Positions 13,015 through 26,268 of a stretch of 63,934 nucleotides of DNA are shown here, piece after piece. The stretch is from NCBI GenBank assembly GCA_964255285.1, contig CAXUUL010000019.1, positions 1 through 63,934 of the forward strand, in the 5' to 3' direction. The notes under the pieces are model-generated. The model was given only the letters and a program-made list of their open reading frames with translations. It had not been told where the DNA came from and searched no databases. The number at the start of each line of letters is the position of its first letter. Position 1 is the stretch's first letter. A program made the position numbers and the translations under genes. This DNA comes from Ionaspis alba (lineage: Eukaryota).

Positions 13015-15152
13015 ATGACAGGATTTAATGAAGACACGGCCAGGCAATTAAGAATCACATTGCAAAACGCAACAGTGAAATGCTCGGAAAGATGCTTGTA
13101 CCAGTCTGCCAAATGGTAAGACAGTCTAGCGTACATCATCCTGGCCTGCAGCTGAAGCGTCTTCTGTGTTCAGGGCTGCCGAGCTGAGTTCCTCGCTTTG
13201 CTTTCCACCAGATGAATCTGCGGATTCAGATACCAATTTCGATTCGCAGATGCAAGATGACAGGGAAGCTTCTCCAACGCTCCCAGTAGTTTGGTCAGCA
13301 AACTCTGACCCTCATGAAGCGCGTCTCGAAGCTCGAGAAGCTGGCAAATATCTACTTGCAAAGTCTTATTTTGATTGCCGAGAATTTGAAAGATGTACCG
13401 CAGTATTCCTACCCTCTGGGCTCCCCAGTGGAGCTCTATCCTCCACTTCTCCCAACGTCAACACTACCCGTACTAGTCCCATCAAATCCACCAAAGGAAA
13501 ATCAAAAGAGCCTCAATATGCGAAGCTTGGTGCTGATTCCATGCCTTTGCGCAATTCACTTCCCGGACTCAGCCAGAAAGCGATTTTCCTGGCATTATAC
13601 GCCAAGTACATGTCAGGCGAGAAAAGGAAGGATGAGGAAAGTGAGATGATTTTAGGACCAGCTGATAAGGGGTCTGCCGTTAACAAGGAGCTGGTGGGAA
13701 TATCCAGGGCTCTTGAGGGCTGGTTTGCCACTAGATCCCCGAAGCACAATAGTGGAGGATGGTTGGAGTACCTCTATGGGATCGTACTTGCCAAAGGGAA
13801 AAACGAAGAGGATGCCAAAGCATGGCTGATCAGGAGCGTGCATCTGTGCCCCTTCAACTGGGGTGCCTGGCTTGAGCTGAATGACCTGATTGGCAGTGTC
13901 GAAGATGTGAGGGGCCGCGAGAAGAAGATAGACCTTCCCGTGCTGACATGCGCCACAGCTCCATCGAATCATACCTAGCCTTCCTCAAAACATCATGACC
14001 TTGTTATTCAATCTCTATGCCAACCAAGAACTATACCAATGCGGAGAGCAGATCCATTCCCAACTCAACGAACTCGAGAAACTCTTCCCGGAAAGCCACT
14101 TCCTCAAAACGCAACGCGCACTCCTATTCTATCACTCCAAAGGTCAGACCAACCATCTCACACTCCATACTCGTACACCGCAACTAACCCAGTCTCCAGA
14201 CTTCGACGAAGCCGAATCCATCTTCTCCAGCATCCTCCAAACCTCTCCCCACCGCATCGACGCCATGGACCACTACTCCAACATCCTTTACGTAATGTCC
14301 GCACGGCCCAAACTCGCCTTCCTCGCGCACCTCGCGACCAGCACCGACAAATTCCGACCAGAAACCTGTTGTGTAATCGGCAACTACTACAGTCTAAAAT
14401 CCGAGCACGAAAAAGCCGTCCACTACTTCCGACGAGCCCTGACCCTCGACCGGAGCTTCCTCTCCGCCTGGACACTGATGGGCCACGAGTACGTGGAAAT
14501 GAAGAACACGCACGCAGCCATCGAGAGTTACCGTCGAGCCGTGGATGTGAATCGGAAGGACTACCGCGCGTGGTACGGACTCGGTCATACTTACGAGCTC
14601 CTCGAAATGCACCTCTATGCGCTTTTCTACTACCAGCGGGCTGTCAGCTTACGACCTTCTGATGCCAAGATGTGGCAAGGGATGGGCAGCTGCTACAATA
14701 AGATCGGGCAGCCGGCGCAGAGCATTCGCGCCTACCAGCGCGCTCTGGTCGCCGGATCGGACTATGACGTCGCAGGCAGCAGTTTTGGGTCCGGCGCACA
14801 ATCCGATCCGCAGCTAAACGGTGTTATGGATCCCGAGATCCTTTTCCAGATCGGATTGATGTATGAGCGTATGAACGATATGAGTGAGGCGGCGAACTAC
14901 ATGGAGATGACAATCGCCCAGGAGGAGGGGCCGGAGGAGCATGTTGAGGGGGGCGGTGGAGGTGGGGGCACGGGTGTTACGGAGGCGACGAGTAAGGCAA
15001 GGATGTGGCTTGCGAAATGGGAGTTTGGGAGGGGTGGGTTGCAAAGGGCGATGGATTTGGCGGAGGAACTTTGTCATGATGGGGTGGAGGTTGAAGAGGC
15101 GCAGGCGCTGAAGAGGGATTTGAGGGCGAGGATGGTGGCGGAGGCTGGCTAA
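13015..15152 (+). CDS. CDC23: Anaphase-promoting complex subunit 8 (Cdc23/Cut23), TPR protein, 4 exons
   Basis: Exon 1 CSERCLYQSAKW|AAEL; YLLAKSYFDCREF; YSNILYV; FRPETCCVIGNYYSL; AWTLMGHEYVEMKNTHAAIESYRRAV. Confidence 0.96.
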
Positions 15153-15877
15153 GAGCGGAGGGCATTGTTGTGATCGTGCTGAATGGTTGCCGTTGGGTGG
15201 GACAGGAGATATCATGAAACGGGAATGGTAGAGACATTCTGGACGATTAGGCTTCAGTCAAGAGCACTCTCCCCGTCTCCTGTTCATGGCTGGATCTGCA
15301 TACGGAAAATATCTTATTGCACTCCCCATCACATTGATGGGTATTCCAAGTGAGCGACGGAGATGGTCAAAGTCTTCAGCACAAAAGCTAGGTAGACAAG
15401 AACCCAGACACATGCAAACATGTTGTCTAAGTAATATTGTAATCCTCAGATTCGGCAAAGTCGAATCGATATTCCAGGGCATTGACATCAGTAGGATGTT
15501 ACAAAACCAGGCTCGATAATAGTACAACAGCAAACAAATACATGCAGGAAAAAAAGCAAGTCAACAGATATCGAGCACTATACAAGGGTATAGTACAGAG
15601 TACACCGAAGATCACCCTCTCCTCAACATCCACCTGAGATCCACGACTACTTATTCTGCGTTCCACAACCTCTCCAGCATCATCCACGTACTCTCCTTTC
15701 CCTTCAACCATAATATGTCGATCGAGGGCACGTCCTTCTCTTTTTGGTCTCATTATACACCGCAAACACATTGATATTCTTTCTCACCAGTCTCTATACA
15801 CATTCTCCTTCCAACCCCTCCCCTCACAATTCAGAGGTCCCTATTCATCGTCTTTTCATCCACGCCCTCATGTCTTT

Positions 15878-18333
15878 CTACATCCCATTCGCCAACGCCT
15901 CAACCGGCGAATTTGCCCCCGAGATCTTGCGCGGCGCTCGAAGAGTAAGCGGGAAGGGGTAATCATCCGGGTCTTCCTCCTCACTAAGATAAACAGATCA
16001 GCTCAGAACACTTTACACAGTACCTCAAGAATATCTGCAGGGCAATAACATACGGCAATTTCCACGCAATATAATCCTCCGTGCTCAAGCCTTCCCTGCC
16101 CTCTTGCAACGACGCAAAATCTCCTGGGGTCATTGTGCCAGAGCGATCTCGGGGAGAGCCGGGGACAGAGAGGGGACGAGTGAGCTTAGGTTCAACGGCG
16201 TCGAAGATGCCGGATTCGTCGTAGTCGTCGTCGAAGGAGGCGGGATAAGCTAATGAATCAGAAAGAGTAAGCATACTTATCAGAGTTGGTGAGAGAATGA
16301 ATGGGGAAACCAACCTCTCCGCAGCGCCAGCTGCCTCGCCTTGACGTACTCCATTCCCATTCTTTTCCAATCCAGCAAATCGCTCAATCGTTCTGTCCGA
16401 TTCCGCTGATTGATCCTCTGACGCCTGCTCTTAGCCGCGAAGTCGAACATGAAAGATGTAAGCTGATTGACCGAATCGTCTACACCCTTGGTTCTACGGT
16501 CTACGATGTAGATACCGTAGTCGGAAGCGTTCTCAATGAGCTCTTCCATGTAGCAGCCGAAGCCTGAGAGATTGGTGGTGATGCTCGGCACACCCATGAC
16601 GGTACACTCAGCAGGGGTATAGCCCCAGGGTTCGTAGTAGGAGGAGAAGACGCCGAGATGAGTACCACGGACAAAGTCGTCATAGTCGAGTGGGAGGACG
16701 GGATTGGCCGAGTTGAGGAATTCAGGATGGAAAACGATCTTGACACGGTCTGAGGGGTGGTTGAAGAGTTGCACACGGCGAATCTGGTTGAGGATGGGAT
16801 CTTCGGAGTCGTTGGCCATGTTGTGGGTTACAATGGGAGGGAGACCGGTTCGCTTCATGCCGAAGAGTCGGCGCCGGAGCATGATTTTGTCGGAAGCGCT
16901 GAGGAGGTCTTTGTCGTCTGGGAGGTCGTCACCATCGCGCCACGCAAGAGCGCGGTCGAATAGGCGCTTTCCGACAGCTCTTTCGATGACGTCGACGGTG
17001 TCTCTCAGAGACTTGATCACGGCCTGGCCTTTCAGAGCTTCCACCGTCAAAGATTGAGTCTGGGCAGGCATGATGATGAAGGCGACGATGGTCATTTTCG
17101 AGCCGGATGTCTTGAGACGATGATTCAGGCGTGCTAAAGATTCGATGAACATATCGACACCTTTGTTCCGGTATTCGTAACGACCAGCTGTGAAGAGGTA
17201 GAGTGTGTTTTCTGGCTGGAAATCGTTGGTGCCATAGAAGTGTCCTCGTACGAAGTCATGGATCTTCTCTTTCGATTGCTGATGTAGATTCTGGAATTCG
17301 TGCATGGCAGAGAACTTCTTGACGTTCAATCCATTGGGAAGGACACCGTCTGGTTTCCGCTTCAGGAGATGCTCACTCTCGTAGGCGGTGATGTGTGATA
17401 CCGTCGTGAACACATCTGCAGCATGCGCGGCGGCTCTTTCGATACAGTAGCGGTGGTAGATACCCCTCTTGCCAGCCTCTGCGTCTACATCAAAGTATTG
17501 CAGGTTGTTGTAAAAGTCGACGGATCCAGCACAGAGGTAACGCCCCAGAAGCGTTGCATGGGTTGTGAAGATGGTGGTGACATCTATCCGTCTCTTCTTC
17601 GTCAGTGGGAGAGCCACTCCAGCAAGCCACTCATGGAAGTGCGCAATGATGGCCCGCTTCTTCTCGTGAGAAACAAACTAGCATGAAATTAGCGTTTAGT
17701 CCTAGAAAAAAAGTCACAAACAGAGGACCAACTTCTCCCAGAAACCACGCGACGAGATACCCAAAGACAACAGCCTCATTAGTTTCATCATCGCCAGGCG
17801 GTGAAGGAATCCCAGCAGTATTCCACAGATCAGCCTTCCACTCATCCAACCAACGGAACCCGGTCTTTGTATCGATGAGCAGTACGCGCGGTGCACCTTC
17901 AATCAGCCATCGACCGTAGACAAGCCCGATGCCTCGATTTTGCATGTTTGTGATAGATTCTGCTAGCTCAGGATTTGTGGGCGTCAATGGTTCGACCTCG
18001 ACAGCGGCCTGCAGACACATTAGTTGGAGGATGAGCCATTGAGCATCGAGTCCAACACACCGATGCACGATTGAGAGGCCCGATGAGAGTATATCTGTCG
18101 CCATACTCGGCAGTAGTCACCGGCGCTTTAGATTTGATCACAGAGTAGATTCCACCGACTGGCATAACTGTCAGTGCTCCCGATTCACTAATTGTTTTGC
18201 CCATGCGTCACCAACCTCGATTCGCAACTTCTGTCGAGACTTCAAAGAGCATATGGTTCTTGATATCTCGACTGGCGGAGCCCGAGTCTTCCATGGTCCC
18301 ATTGGTATGGGAGCCAGCGATTTCGGCCGACAT
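15878..18333 (-). CDS. GSY1: Glycogen synthase (GT3), multi-exon
   Basis: [76 protein letters not shown]-terminal phosphosites RPLSVPGSP; last exon [11 protein letters not shown] ending at TAG 15878. Confidence 0.97.
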
Positions 18334-18811
18334 CTTGAAAGGGACGACAAGATGTCAAGGCAGGAAGACCGCCCGACCGTTGTTTTTCGAGGGAAACAGC
18401 AAGGAACGATTTTCACCTAGAAGATGAGTAAAGAAGGAAAGATTGTGCGAGTCGTCTCCAAGGTACTGGAATCGTAGGCGATCAGTCAGCGGAAGAGTCT
18501 TCTTTCAATAGTGAGGAGGTCCCTTGGTTGGGTGGAGCTAGCTCTGAGAGCTTCCCCACATTTGGGAGATTTTGCTACTCAACGGCGCTTCTTCGGAGCA
18601 AGGTCAACATACCAACGGAGGTGGAACGTGATTAAGGAAAGCGACAGATGCGCTTCAATGATTGCTTAGATTATGTGATGCGAGAAAGAAACATAGGAAA
18701 TGAGGAAAGGATGCAAGGTGAGGGAGAAGGAAGTCAGAACACGGTAGCTGGCCGGAAGATGGAGAGGTTGGGTTTTGGAACAGCAAGCTTGAGCTGAGGC
18801 CAGGGAGGGGC

Positions 18812-18838
18812 AGGGATGAGGGATGAGGGATGAGGGAT
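18812..18838. repeat. (AGGGATG)n tandem heptamer in the GSY/RAMP4 divergent promoter
   Basis: agggatg x3 plus agggat; AGGGG (STRE-like) and CACGTG motifs are nearby. Confidence 0.7.
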
Positions 18839-19064
18839 CGGATATCGAGTCAAGGGGATGGTCACGTGCAGACATGGCTTCGGGGACAGATACGCTACTA
18901 CTCTGTACTGTTTTAGTCCAACAAACACGTCGCGTTAACGTCCAAAAGGGTCTTCGATTTCTAGTCAAGATACAAATCATCGTCCCATGTTCTACTCTCC
19001 CGGCCTTAGAATCCATCTTTGATTCCTGACCGAACTTCCTAACTCAAAGGCCGATTACAATATA

Positions 19065-19365
19065 ATGGTAGGCATCTGTGCTCTTCTAGAGTCGGATCTA
19101 CCCAATTCTAAAGAATATCAGGCACAAACACCACAACAACGCAAAGCGAACGAGCGTTATGCTCGTCAAGAAAGTGCAAAACGAGGAAAACCGGAAAGTG
19201 CAGTCAAGCAAAAGCAGAAGTTCAAAGCTCCGATATCTAGCTTTTGGATAGGTAGTAGCAATCAGTATTGAAACCCTTTTACGACCGGCTTATGTTTGAC
19301 CAGGCGTTCTCGTGTTTGTTGTTTGTGGGGGTCTTCTTTTCGAATTGATTCGGATGTTCGTGTAA
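19065..19365 (+). CDS. YSY6: Ribosome-associated membrane protein RAMP4/SERP1/Ysy6 (3 exons; first coding exon is ATG only)
   Basis: Spliced product MAQTPQQRKANERYARQESAKRGKPESAVKQKQKFKAPISSFWIGVLVFVVCGGLLFELIRMFV; introns at about 19068-19121 and 19252-19303. Confidence 0.92.
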
Positions 19366-21792
19366 AGACCAGACCTCATGTGGGCCACATCCGGGGGTCG
19401 CTGTGTGCTACAAAAGGCCGGAGCTCTTCCCTCGAGGTGTGCTCTGGAGAGCAAACCTAGCTTTCCGCAATTCGACTAGCTGGCCTTTTGAACACCATTA
19501 TTGACTCGGCTCTCTTGAATTGGTCTGTGTCACATTTCACACCCAAACATGCATTGTATGTGCAAGATCCAAATCTCGGGCAATCTCTTCCGGCTCTCTA
19601 CGTAGGAAACCCTACAACTACCCTACAACAACGTTCCGTATGTATGTTTTCCGTTCTCTCTCGGCTCGATCGGCGACTGAGCTCCCGGATTTCGGTAATA
19701 CTACTCTTGGAGCCCCTCCCTTCTCTGAGCCTCATCATCGTTGCCCGTCAATTCCGCCTCTCCTGTCTGTCAACTCTGAACGGTAGGGCCAATACTAGAT
19801 CCTTGGGGTTCCTTCGTGCCTCGACCCTTCTAATATCGCCTGGCATTCTTATTGGGCTCCTTGAGCTGTGGTCGCCGGGCACTATGCTGTTTCCCGCATT
19901 TCCCCTGTTCTTTGACTGGGGATTGTGGTGGACAGTGGCCAGACCTACCTGCGATAAATGCGGGGAACAGGCCCATTCATAACAGAGTGCCAGCTCTTCA
20001 TGCGTAGGGTTCAAGAGGCTATCTGGATCGCCTAGATCTATGTACCTGTTTCTGTATCTTGAACTTGAACCTGTGTGGGAGATGCTTCCGTCAATCTTAA
20101 GCTACAACTCAAATTTTCACAAACGTGGTGTGGGCTGGCAGTCCATTTTGAGCCAGGTGCTGTCAGAGAGATACAGAGAACCCTTAATCGCGTGTATGGC
20201 CAAGACCACAGGACAAGACACTCCCACGCATCAGCTGGACATCAAACGGTCTGTATATGGGTCTCTGGTTTTGATATTACCTTGATTGTGGCGTGGCTGA
20301 TGCCAATCATTTCTACCAAAGCTTCTCCAGCAGTTATATTTTCTCTAGTCTGTTATGGTGTTATTTTGATACTATCCATCTCTATCATTTTGATTTTTAT
20401 GCTTGTATTGAATTCTATTCATACGGATTCAGTTCAAAGTATGTATCTTGTCTGAAAAAGAGTTTTGAGCCTATTAAGATATTGCTAAATGATTATAGGA
20501 AAGTCGAGAGGGCTGAAGGCTTCTTCTTATTTGCACTCATCTAATTCTGGCATCAAACTCTTCGGAGCTGAAGATTCTATCAATAAAGCTCGGGAACACA
20601 GCGAATCAACTAGGAACCCGTTATTTTCTATAAGCGATCGACAGGGAAACGCACAAGCAGAATCGTCAAGAAGTAATACCATCAACGTATCGCAGTCAAG
20701 AGGAAAACATGTGAAAAGACCATCTAGAAGAAAAACCACAGATTCTCCTTGGAATCGTCGGACAATCCCGTATCATCTCAATCTCCTGACCCGGAATTAC
20801 CAGGTAGAAGGCCTGGCCTAGAGCTCGCAAGGAATAAACTTTGGATCCTGGTCCTTCTTCCCAACGCTGTTGGAGAAGAGATCTATGTCTACCTTGGTGC
20901 TGTGAGGCGAGCGACTGATTTCACGCTATATAGTGGTTTCCGAGAAAAGCACTACGCTGTTTCAAGTCCTTGGAAATGATTCACTCAGTTGCGGCAAGTC
21001 TCTGCAGCACGATTCGTTAAGGTAGGTTCTCCCGAATTTTACATAATGATTTATTGAATCTGCCTAGTCTATCCTTGCAGACGAGAAACGGGGTGATGTG
21101 GTGAAGAAAGACGCTTGGCCACCGGAGCATAATCCCCGGGTCTGGCTGTACGAACCGTATCCTGCCATTGAGAATGTGCCTCTCGTTGGATCAGCATATC
21201 TGATGAATATATAGCGAGACACCCATCACACGGATAAAGCCGCACGTTGTGAGTTCCGAAAAACCGCATCTTGGCAAGCCCTTTTTGTCGACTGGCTTCG
21301 ATCTACACCACATCTGATTTTCCAAAACTTGCGGTAAAAGGTAGCATGCTTGGGCGATCTGGATACCCTCGACGACTACAGTCTCGATCCCTCTCTAGCC
21401 ACAGACTCTGACACCCTATCATGTCACCTCCATCCGACGGACATCGAACAGCCCGCCAAGCAGCCTCGCGCTACCCGGGTAGTCCGCAGCGCCCCAAAGA
21501 NNNNNNNNNNNNNNNNNNNNNNNNNNNNNNNNNNNNNNNNNNNNNNNNNNNNNNNNNNNNNNNNNNNNNNNNNNNNNNNNNNNNNNNNNNNNNNNNNNNN
21601 GAACAGCCCGCCAAGCAGCCTCGCGCTACCCGGGTAGTCCGCAGCGCCCCAAAGAAGATGGGCCAGAAGCTTACCGTCAACTACCGTGATCACAATTACC
21701 CGGAAGCGTGTGGCCTCGAGTTCGAAGAGACTTTCTGTGTTCATTCTATTGCTGCAGGTTTCCTTCCACGCTATGCACCCACCCAAAAAATG

Positions 21793-23949
21793 CTACACAG
21801 ATTTGGTACTATGTCCTTTTTCTATCTCTTGCCCTGGCTCACCCTGCAAGCTCTGCCACTGCAAGTTCGAAAAGCCAATAATGCAATTGAAAGCTTCGTC
21901 CCTATCCCTTAGCGATTCCAAGAAGAAAACCTTGCCGTCCATAGCCTTGAGCTCCAATTGATTCGCAGTCAGAAGCTTTGCAATCTTCACCGACGGTGCT
22001 CTCGGACCGCGTAATTTGCGCATTTCAGCCATTTCGATAAATGGCACGTCCCACATCTCCTTCTTTACAAGACCCCGAACGAATCGAACGCCAGACGAAT
22101 AAATGATCAATCTACCGCGAACACCCTGCCATTGAGCTCGGAAGGCTTTGATGTCTTTCTCGGAAAGAATGCTGCTGATTGATTGAACACTGTGCCAGTC
22201 CTCGTCTGTGTCAGAAGACATGGTTGATGCGTTGGTATCTTCGAGCTTGAACTGAGGAACTCCAGCTGCACTTGAGGGATCAAGAGGAGGTGAAGCGGCA
22301 ACCTTGGCAGCATAGTTCTTCTCGACCTTTTGTCCAATCATCTTCTCCCTGCTCAATTGTGCTTGGCGACGAAGATATCGAAATGACCACTCTGCATGTG
22401 TCGGAATGTCCCAAAGCACCCACTTGAAAGGCGAAGCAAGGTAACGGTACTTGGGATGGTGACTCGATATCGGCCAAGACAGAAAGAAGAAGCCTCCGAC
22501 GATAAACCACACTATTTTCATGCAGTAAGCGGTATCTGTCAAGACGGAAACAAGGAAGCATGAGGCAAAGAAGAACAAGGAGCCCGCCGTCTTCGATGGC
22601 GCTTTCCACGCATAAAAGTTAGAGAAGACCTCCAGCATATTGGCAATATCTCCAATCTGCAGCTGAGCATAAGGCCCAACCTCATCAATCAACGGCTCCA
22701 GCCAATTCTCACGCCCGTGCTTATCAATGAGCTCGCCAATCTGGAACGCAGCGCCTTGTTGATCAACCGTCCTCTTGACCGATGCCCTGAGAGATTTCAC
22801 ATTAGTCGGAAAGTAGCGATTCTTGATGACGAGGTAGACGATATACGCCCAGAGAAAGCCGACGATATGTTCCGTGTACCACAGCACGACATACAGCGCA
22901 AGCCACTTCATCGTGAACGCAGGATTCTCCCATCGATAAACAGCGCGAACATTCATCGCCCAGCTCTGCCACGGCGTACTAGCCATAACAGTCCGCTCGA
23001 CATGTCTTCGAAAGGTGACAAGATCGAAAGGAAGGTCATCAAAATCGTCGATGTACTGGGCGCTGAAATCTTGAGTGTAGTATACGAGGACATGGCCTAG
23101 CCATTTCTCCCATCGGTAACGGACGACTTCGCCTTTCTCATCTCTCTCTACAAAGGCCTCTCGTTTGGGGAACTCGAAGTGCCTTTTAGGTACTACCCTC
23201 ACACGATCTATGTGACCGGTTGTCCACGCCACCCGAATGCTTTCCCGATGAGCTTCTAACATCTCAACTTTGTTTCGACATCTGGTTGTCTCCTCGTCCT
23301 CCTCCTCCTCATCAGAAGTCATCCGCCTTGAAGCCTGCCTCGAAGCTTGTGAGGACTGCGCTCGGGAAAGACTATCATGTGCTTCCAAGAACTCGAGATC
23401 CGCCTTCTGCGAGACATGTGGCTTCTGCACCGCTGATAATTTCGCAGCGGTTGTCGTTGTCGCCTTGTGCTTGATTGCGTCTTTGGGATGTATGACGGAT
23501 TTGGCGATGAATTTCAGTGCGCCTGCTGATTTGTCCAAGGGGCTCCTACCTGACGATAGTGATGGGTTGGTGGTCTGTTTGGATAGTTTCGTGGGATTGA
23601 AGGCGGGATCATTCTCGATATTCTTCAGGGCTTCGGTGGTATCGATGGCATCATTTTTGTCGTCCGTAGCATTACCGGCTGATAGCGTGAAGATCTTTTT
23701 GGTCCTTGCCTTGGTCTTTTTTCGAAGGCTGCGAAGCTTGGTCCTTGTAGAAGGTCTTTTCTGTGTGGCCTCATCAGAATCCTCGGCATCCTCATCTTCG
23801 GTCGATAATTCTTTCTGTTCATCGACTTTCGATAACATTGCTCTTGCTGCCTCATGATCTGTAACAGACCCGTTCACAGCAGCGAGGGATAACCGTTGGG
23901 CTCCTCCATCCCTGCAAATAGATTCTGGGCTACTCAGAGCAAATGCCAT
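21793..23949 (-). CDS. Multi-pass membrane protein with a C-terminal GRAM/PH-like domain (GRAMD4-like)
   Basis: 718-aa ORF; VYRWENP...TM helices...WDIPTHAEW; C-terminal GRLIIYSSGVRF...RDEAFNCIIGFS pattern. Confidence 0.75.
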   Translation of the reverse strand: MAFALSSPESICRDGGAQRLSLAAVNGSVTDHEAARAMLSKVDEQKELSTEDEDAEDSDEATQKRPSTRTKLRSLRKKTKARTKKIFTLSAGNATDDKNDAIDTTEALKNIENDPAFNPTKLSKQTTNPSLSSGRSPLDKSAGALKFIAKSVIHPKDAIKHKATTTTAAKLSAVQKPHVSQKADLEFLEAHDSLSRAQSSQASRQASRRMTSDEEEEDEETTRCRNKVEMLEAHRESIRVAWTTGHIDRVRVVPKRHFEFPKREAFVERDEKGEVVRYRWEKWLGHVLVYYTQDFSAQYIDDFDDLPFDLVTFRRHVERTVMASTPWQSWAMNVRAVYRWENPAFTMKWLALYVVLWYTEHIVGFLWAYIVYLVIKNRYFPTNVKSLRASVKRTVDQQGAAFQIGELIDKHGRENWLEPLIDEVGPYAQLQIGDIANMLEVFSNFYAWKAPSKTAGSLFFFASCFLVSVLTDTAYCMKIVWFIVGGFFFLSWPISSHHPKYRYLASPFKWVLWDIPTHAEWSFRYLRRQAQLSREKMIGQKVEKNYAAKVAASPPLDPSSAAGVPQFKLEDTNASTMSSDTDEDWHSVQSISSILSEKDIKAFRAQWQGVRGRLIIYSSGVRFVRGLVKKEMWDVPFIEMAEMRKLRGPRAPSVKIAKLLTANQLELKAMDGKVFFLESLRDRDEAFNCIIGFSNLQWQSLQGEPGQEIEKGHSTKSV

Positions 23950-24615
23950 AGCTATTTCATCATCCGGTCAAAGATCATTTCCGCCTTGTTTAATTAGATC
24001 AGGGAAGAAGAACTTTGTCTGTTCAGGTTGGACCGATTGCGGCAAGGTGTATAGTGTGAGTGGTCCCAGGTATAACGCCAGGGCTACCGATGCATCCCCA
24101 GCGATGCAATATATGTCCAGATATCGAATTCATCATGGACAAGTAGAAATGATGCGGCTAGAGGTGCTTAGTTGCCTATCATTCACCCAACGTGTCAACG
24201 CGCCCTCATGAATTCGAAAAGTTCTGACTGGTTGACGCGTAAAGCAGGGAAAGCAAGGAACATGCCGGTCGACGTCACTTCACATGTCAGCGCACGGACC
24301 ACCGTGTGGCTCGAGTGCGAGATTTTGAGATCGTCCAGATTCCCCATCTACATCGACTCTTAACGATTCAAAAGGAGAGATTGAATTTGGTTCCTGCAGG
24401 AAGGTAACACAAGTGCAATTGTTGTTCGATATTCTTCAAAGCAATCTTTATCATGAGTTGAGAGATCTCTCGCCACGTACAAGCTCCAAAAGGTACAGTA
24501 GCCGTCAAAATTATCCATCCTCAAGCACAGCGACATGGCATCCGAAAGACAGCCACATCTCAAACCTTCGCCGTGTGGGCCATCCTTCTATACGCCTCCG
24601 AAAGTGCTATGCCAT

Positions 24616-25993
24616 CTAAACAATCCTCACATCCCTTGACTCCCCGTACCCATTGTACCCCACACCTCTCAAATTCCACGCTGGGAACTCCGCCTGGGTA
24701 TTCCCGCCTTTGTCCATAGCCCGACTTCTCACCCTCCGGGTTCCTTTCTCAGCCCTGATCCTTGCCTTCCATAAAACCCAGCACCACTTGCCTCTCTCTT
24801 TCTCATCTCCCAAAAGCTCGGCCTGAACCCACTCGTTCCCGCCCTCTACTTCCACCTCAACCTTTGTGACAGGACCTTGATCCCCACCCGGAAGGGCATA
24901 TCCCCTAACCTCAATCATGCCATCAGGACCCAGTGCAATCTCTGTCTCGTTCCGTGGACTGGTGATGACGGAGTTGATCGGCATATCCTGGATAGCGGGT
25001 GTGGAGTCGAAGTACTTCTCAGCCGCTTCCTTGTCCACGGCTTCGGGCGGCAGGATCTTGTAGTCATGCTGTTGATAGAAGTTTTCGGACTCCTTGGCTT
25101 GTACCGTGATGCGGTCGAGCCATTTGACGCAGCGGGCACCGGCGATGCCAGGGGCGATGACGCGGACTGGGAAGCCGTGTTCTGGAGTGAGGGGTTGGCC
25201 GTTCATCTGTGAAGTAAATATGTCAGTCGATGATATCCGGTGAGTAGTGCAAATCTAGAGAACTCAGAGATGAGAACTCAACATATACCTCTAGTGCCAG
25301 TAATACATCTCCGTCCTCTCTCATAGCCCGCTCAAAAGTGATGCTTCCGCCGTACCACTCGTCGTCCTCACACTTTGACTGATAGCATGCAAAAGCAACA
25401 TGCTTCGCATTCTCCCTTTCCCCACTGTTAACCCCTTCTTCGAAACCCGCTTTGATGAGTATGTCCCTCAGCCTCACGCCTTTCCAACGACAATTCATGA
25501 CAGCACCATCACCCCAGTTGATTCCATCCACTTCTTTCAACCAAGTTCGCATTGTATGTCTCCTATTACCAGCGCATTGGAGTGCACAAACGACTTCAAC
25601 CTGCTCGAAGTCATGCTGAAGTTGGGAGATGGAGAGCGTGAATGGTGTTTCGACGAGGCCATTCACTTGGACCTTATGGGTGCTGGCGGAAAGGTAAGGG
25701 ATAGGGCTGTGGTTGCGATCGTAGGCATCGTGGGTTGTTATGAAGCTATAGGTCAGATTAGCAATGTCTTTGTGGATTGAGGTGGATGTGAAAAATGTGT
25801 ACTTAGAGACTAAGTCTTCTATTGGAGGTTCGCGATTGAGAGGCTTCTCCACTGTNNNNNNNNNNNNNNNNNNNNNNNNNNNNNNNNNNNNNNNNNNNNN
25901 NNNNNNNNNNNNNNNNNNNNNNNNNNNNNNNNNNNNNNNNNNNNNNNNNNNNNNNGTAGCACTATGACCTGCCGTAATATCCGTTTGAATCAT
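24616..25993 (-). CDS. Sulfite oxidase-like molybdopterin oxidoreductase; no cytochrome b5 domain visible; 5' end interrupted by a gap
   Basis: PLNREPP, YDRNH, Mo-ligand LQCAGNRR, WGDGAV, MNGQPLTPEHGFPVR, GARCVKWL, dimerisation domain WNLRG. Confidence 0.9.
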
Positions 25994-26268
25994 TGTGCAG
26001 AAGAACCTGTAAGCAGCAAGTTGATGTGGCTAGGCTACGTCGGGGGTATCGAACTTTACCCCAACATCTCTAGAAATAATATGCCTGGAATTTAACTTTC
26101 ATACCGAATGCTGAAAAGAAGTCGAGGCAACTTTTCTCAAGACCTAATTGCTCTCACATATGATTTCCCAGACCAAATGTTGCTCTAGCTCGCTGTAACA
26201 GTTGATCTTCAAACGGGTTATGTCCACCGGTCGAGTTGGCGAAGCTATTTCCATCACATTCTATCTAC

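Noticed and set aside
19410..19500. Hairpin followed by AGAGCA (H-box-like) after RAMP4
   Set aside because: The second hairpin is weak and the region lies in the expected 3' UTR.
21446..21655. Direct repeats with a spacer resembling CRISPR, LTR or target-site duplication
   Set aside because: The spacer is an N gap, and the same 55-nt duplication occurs at two other gaps, so this is an assembly artefact.
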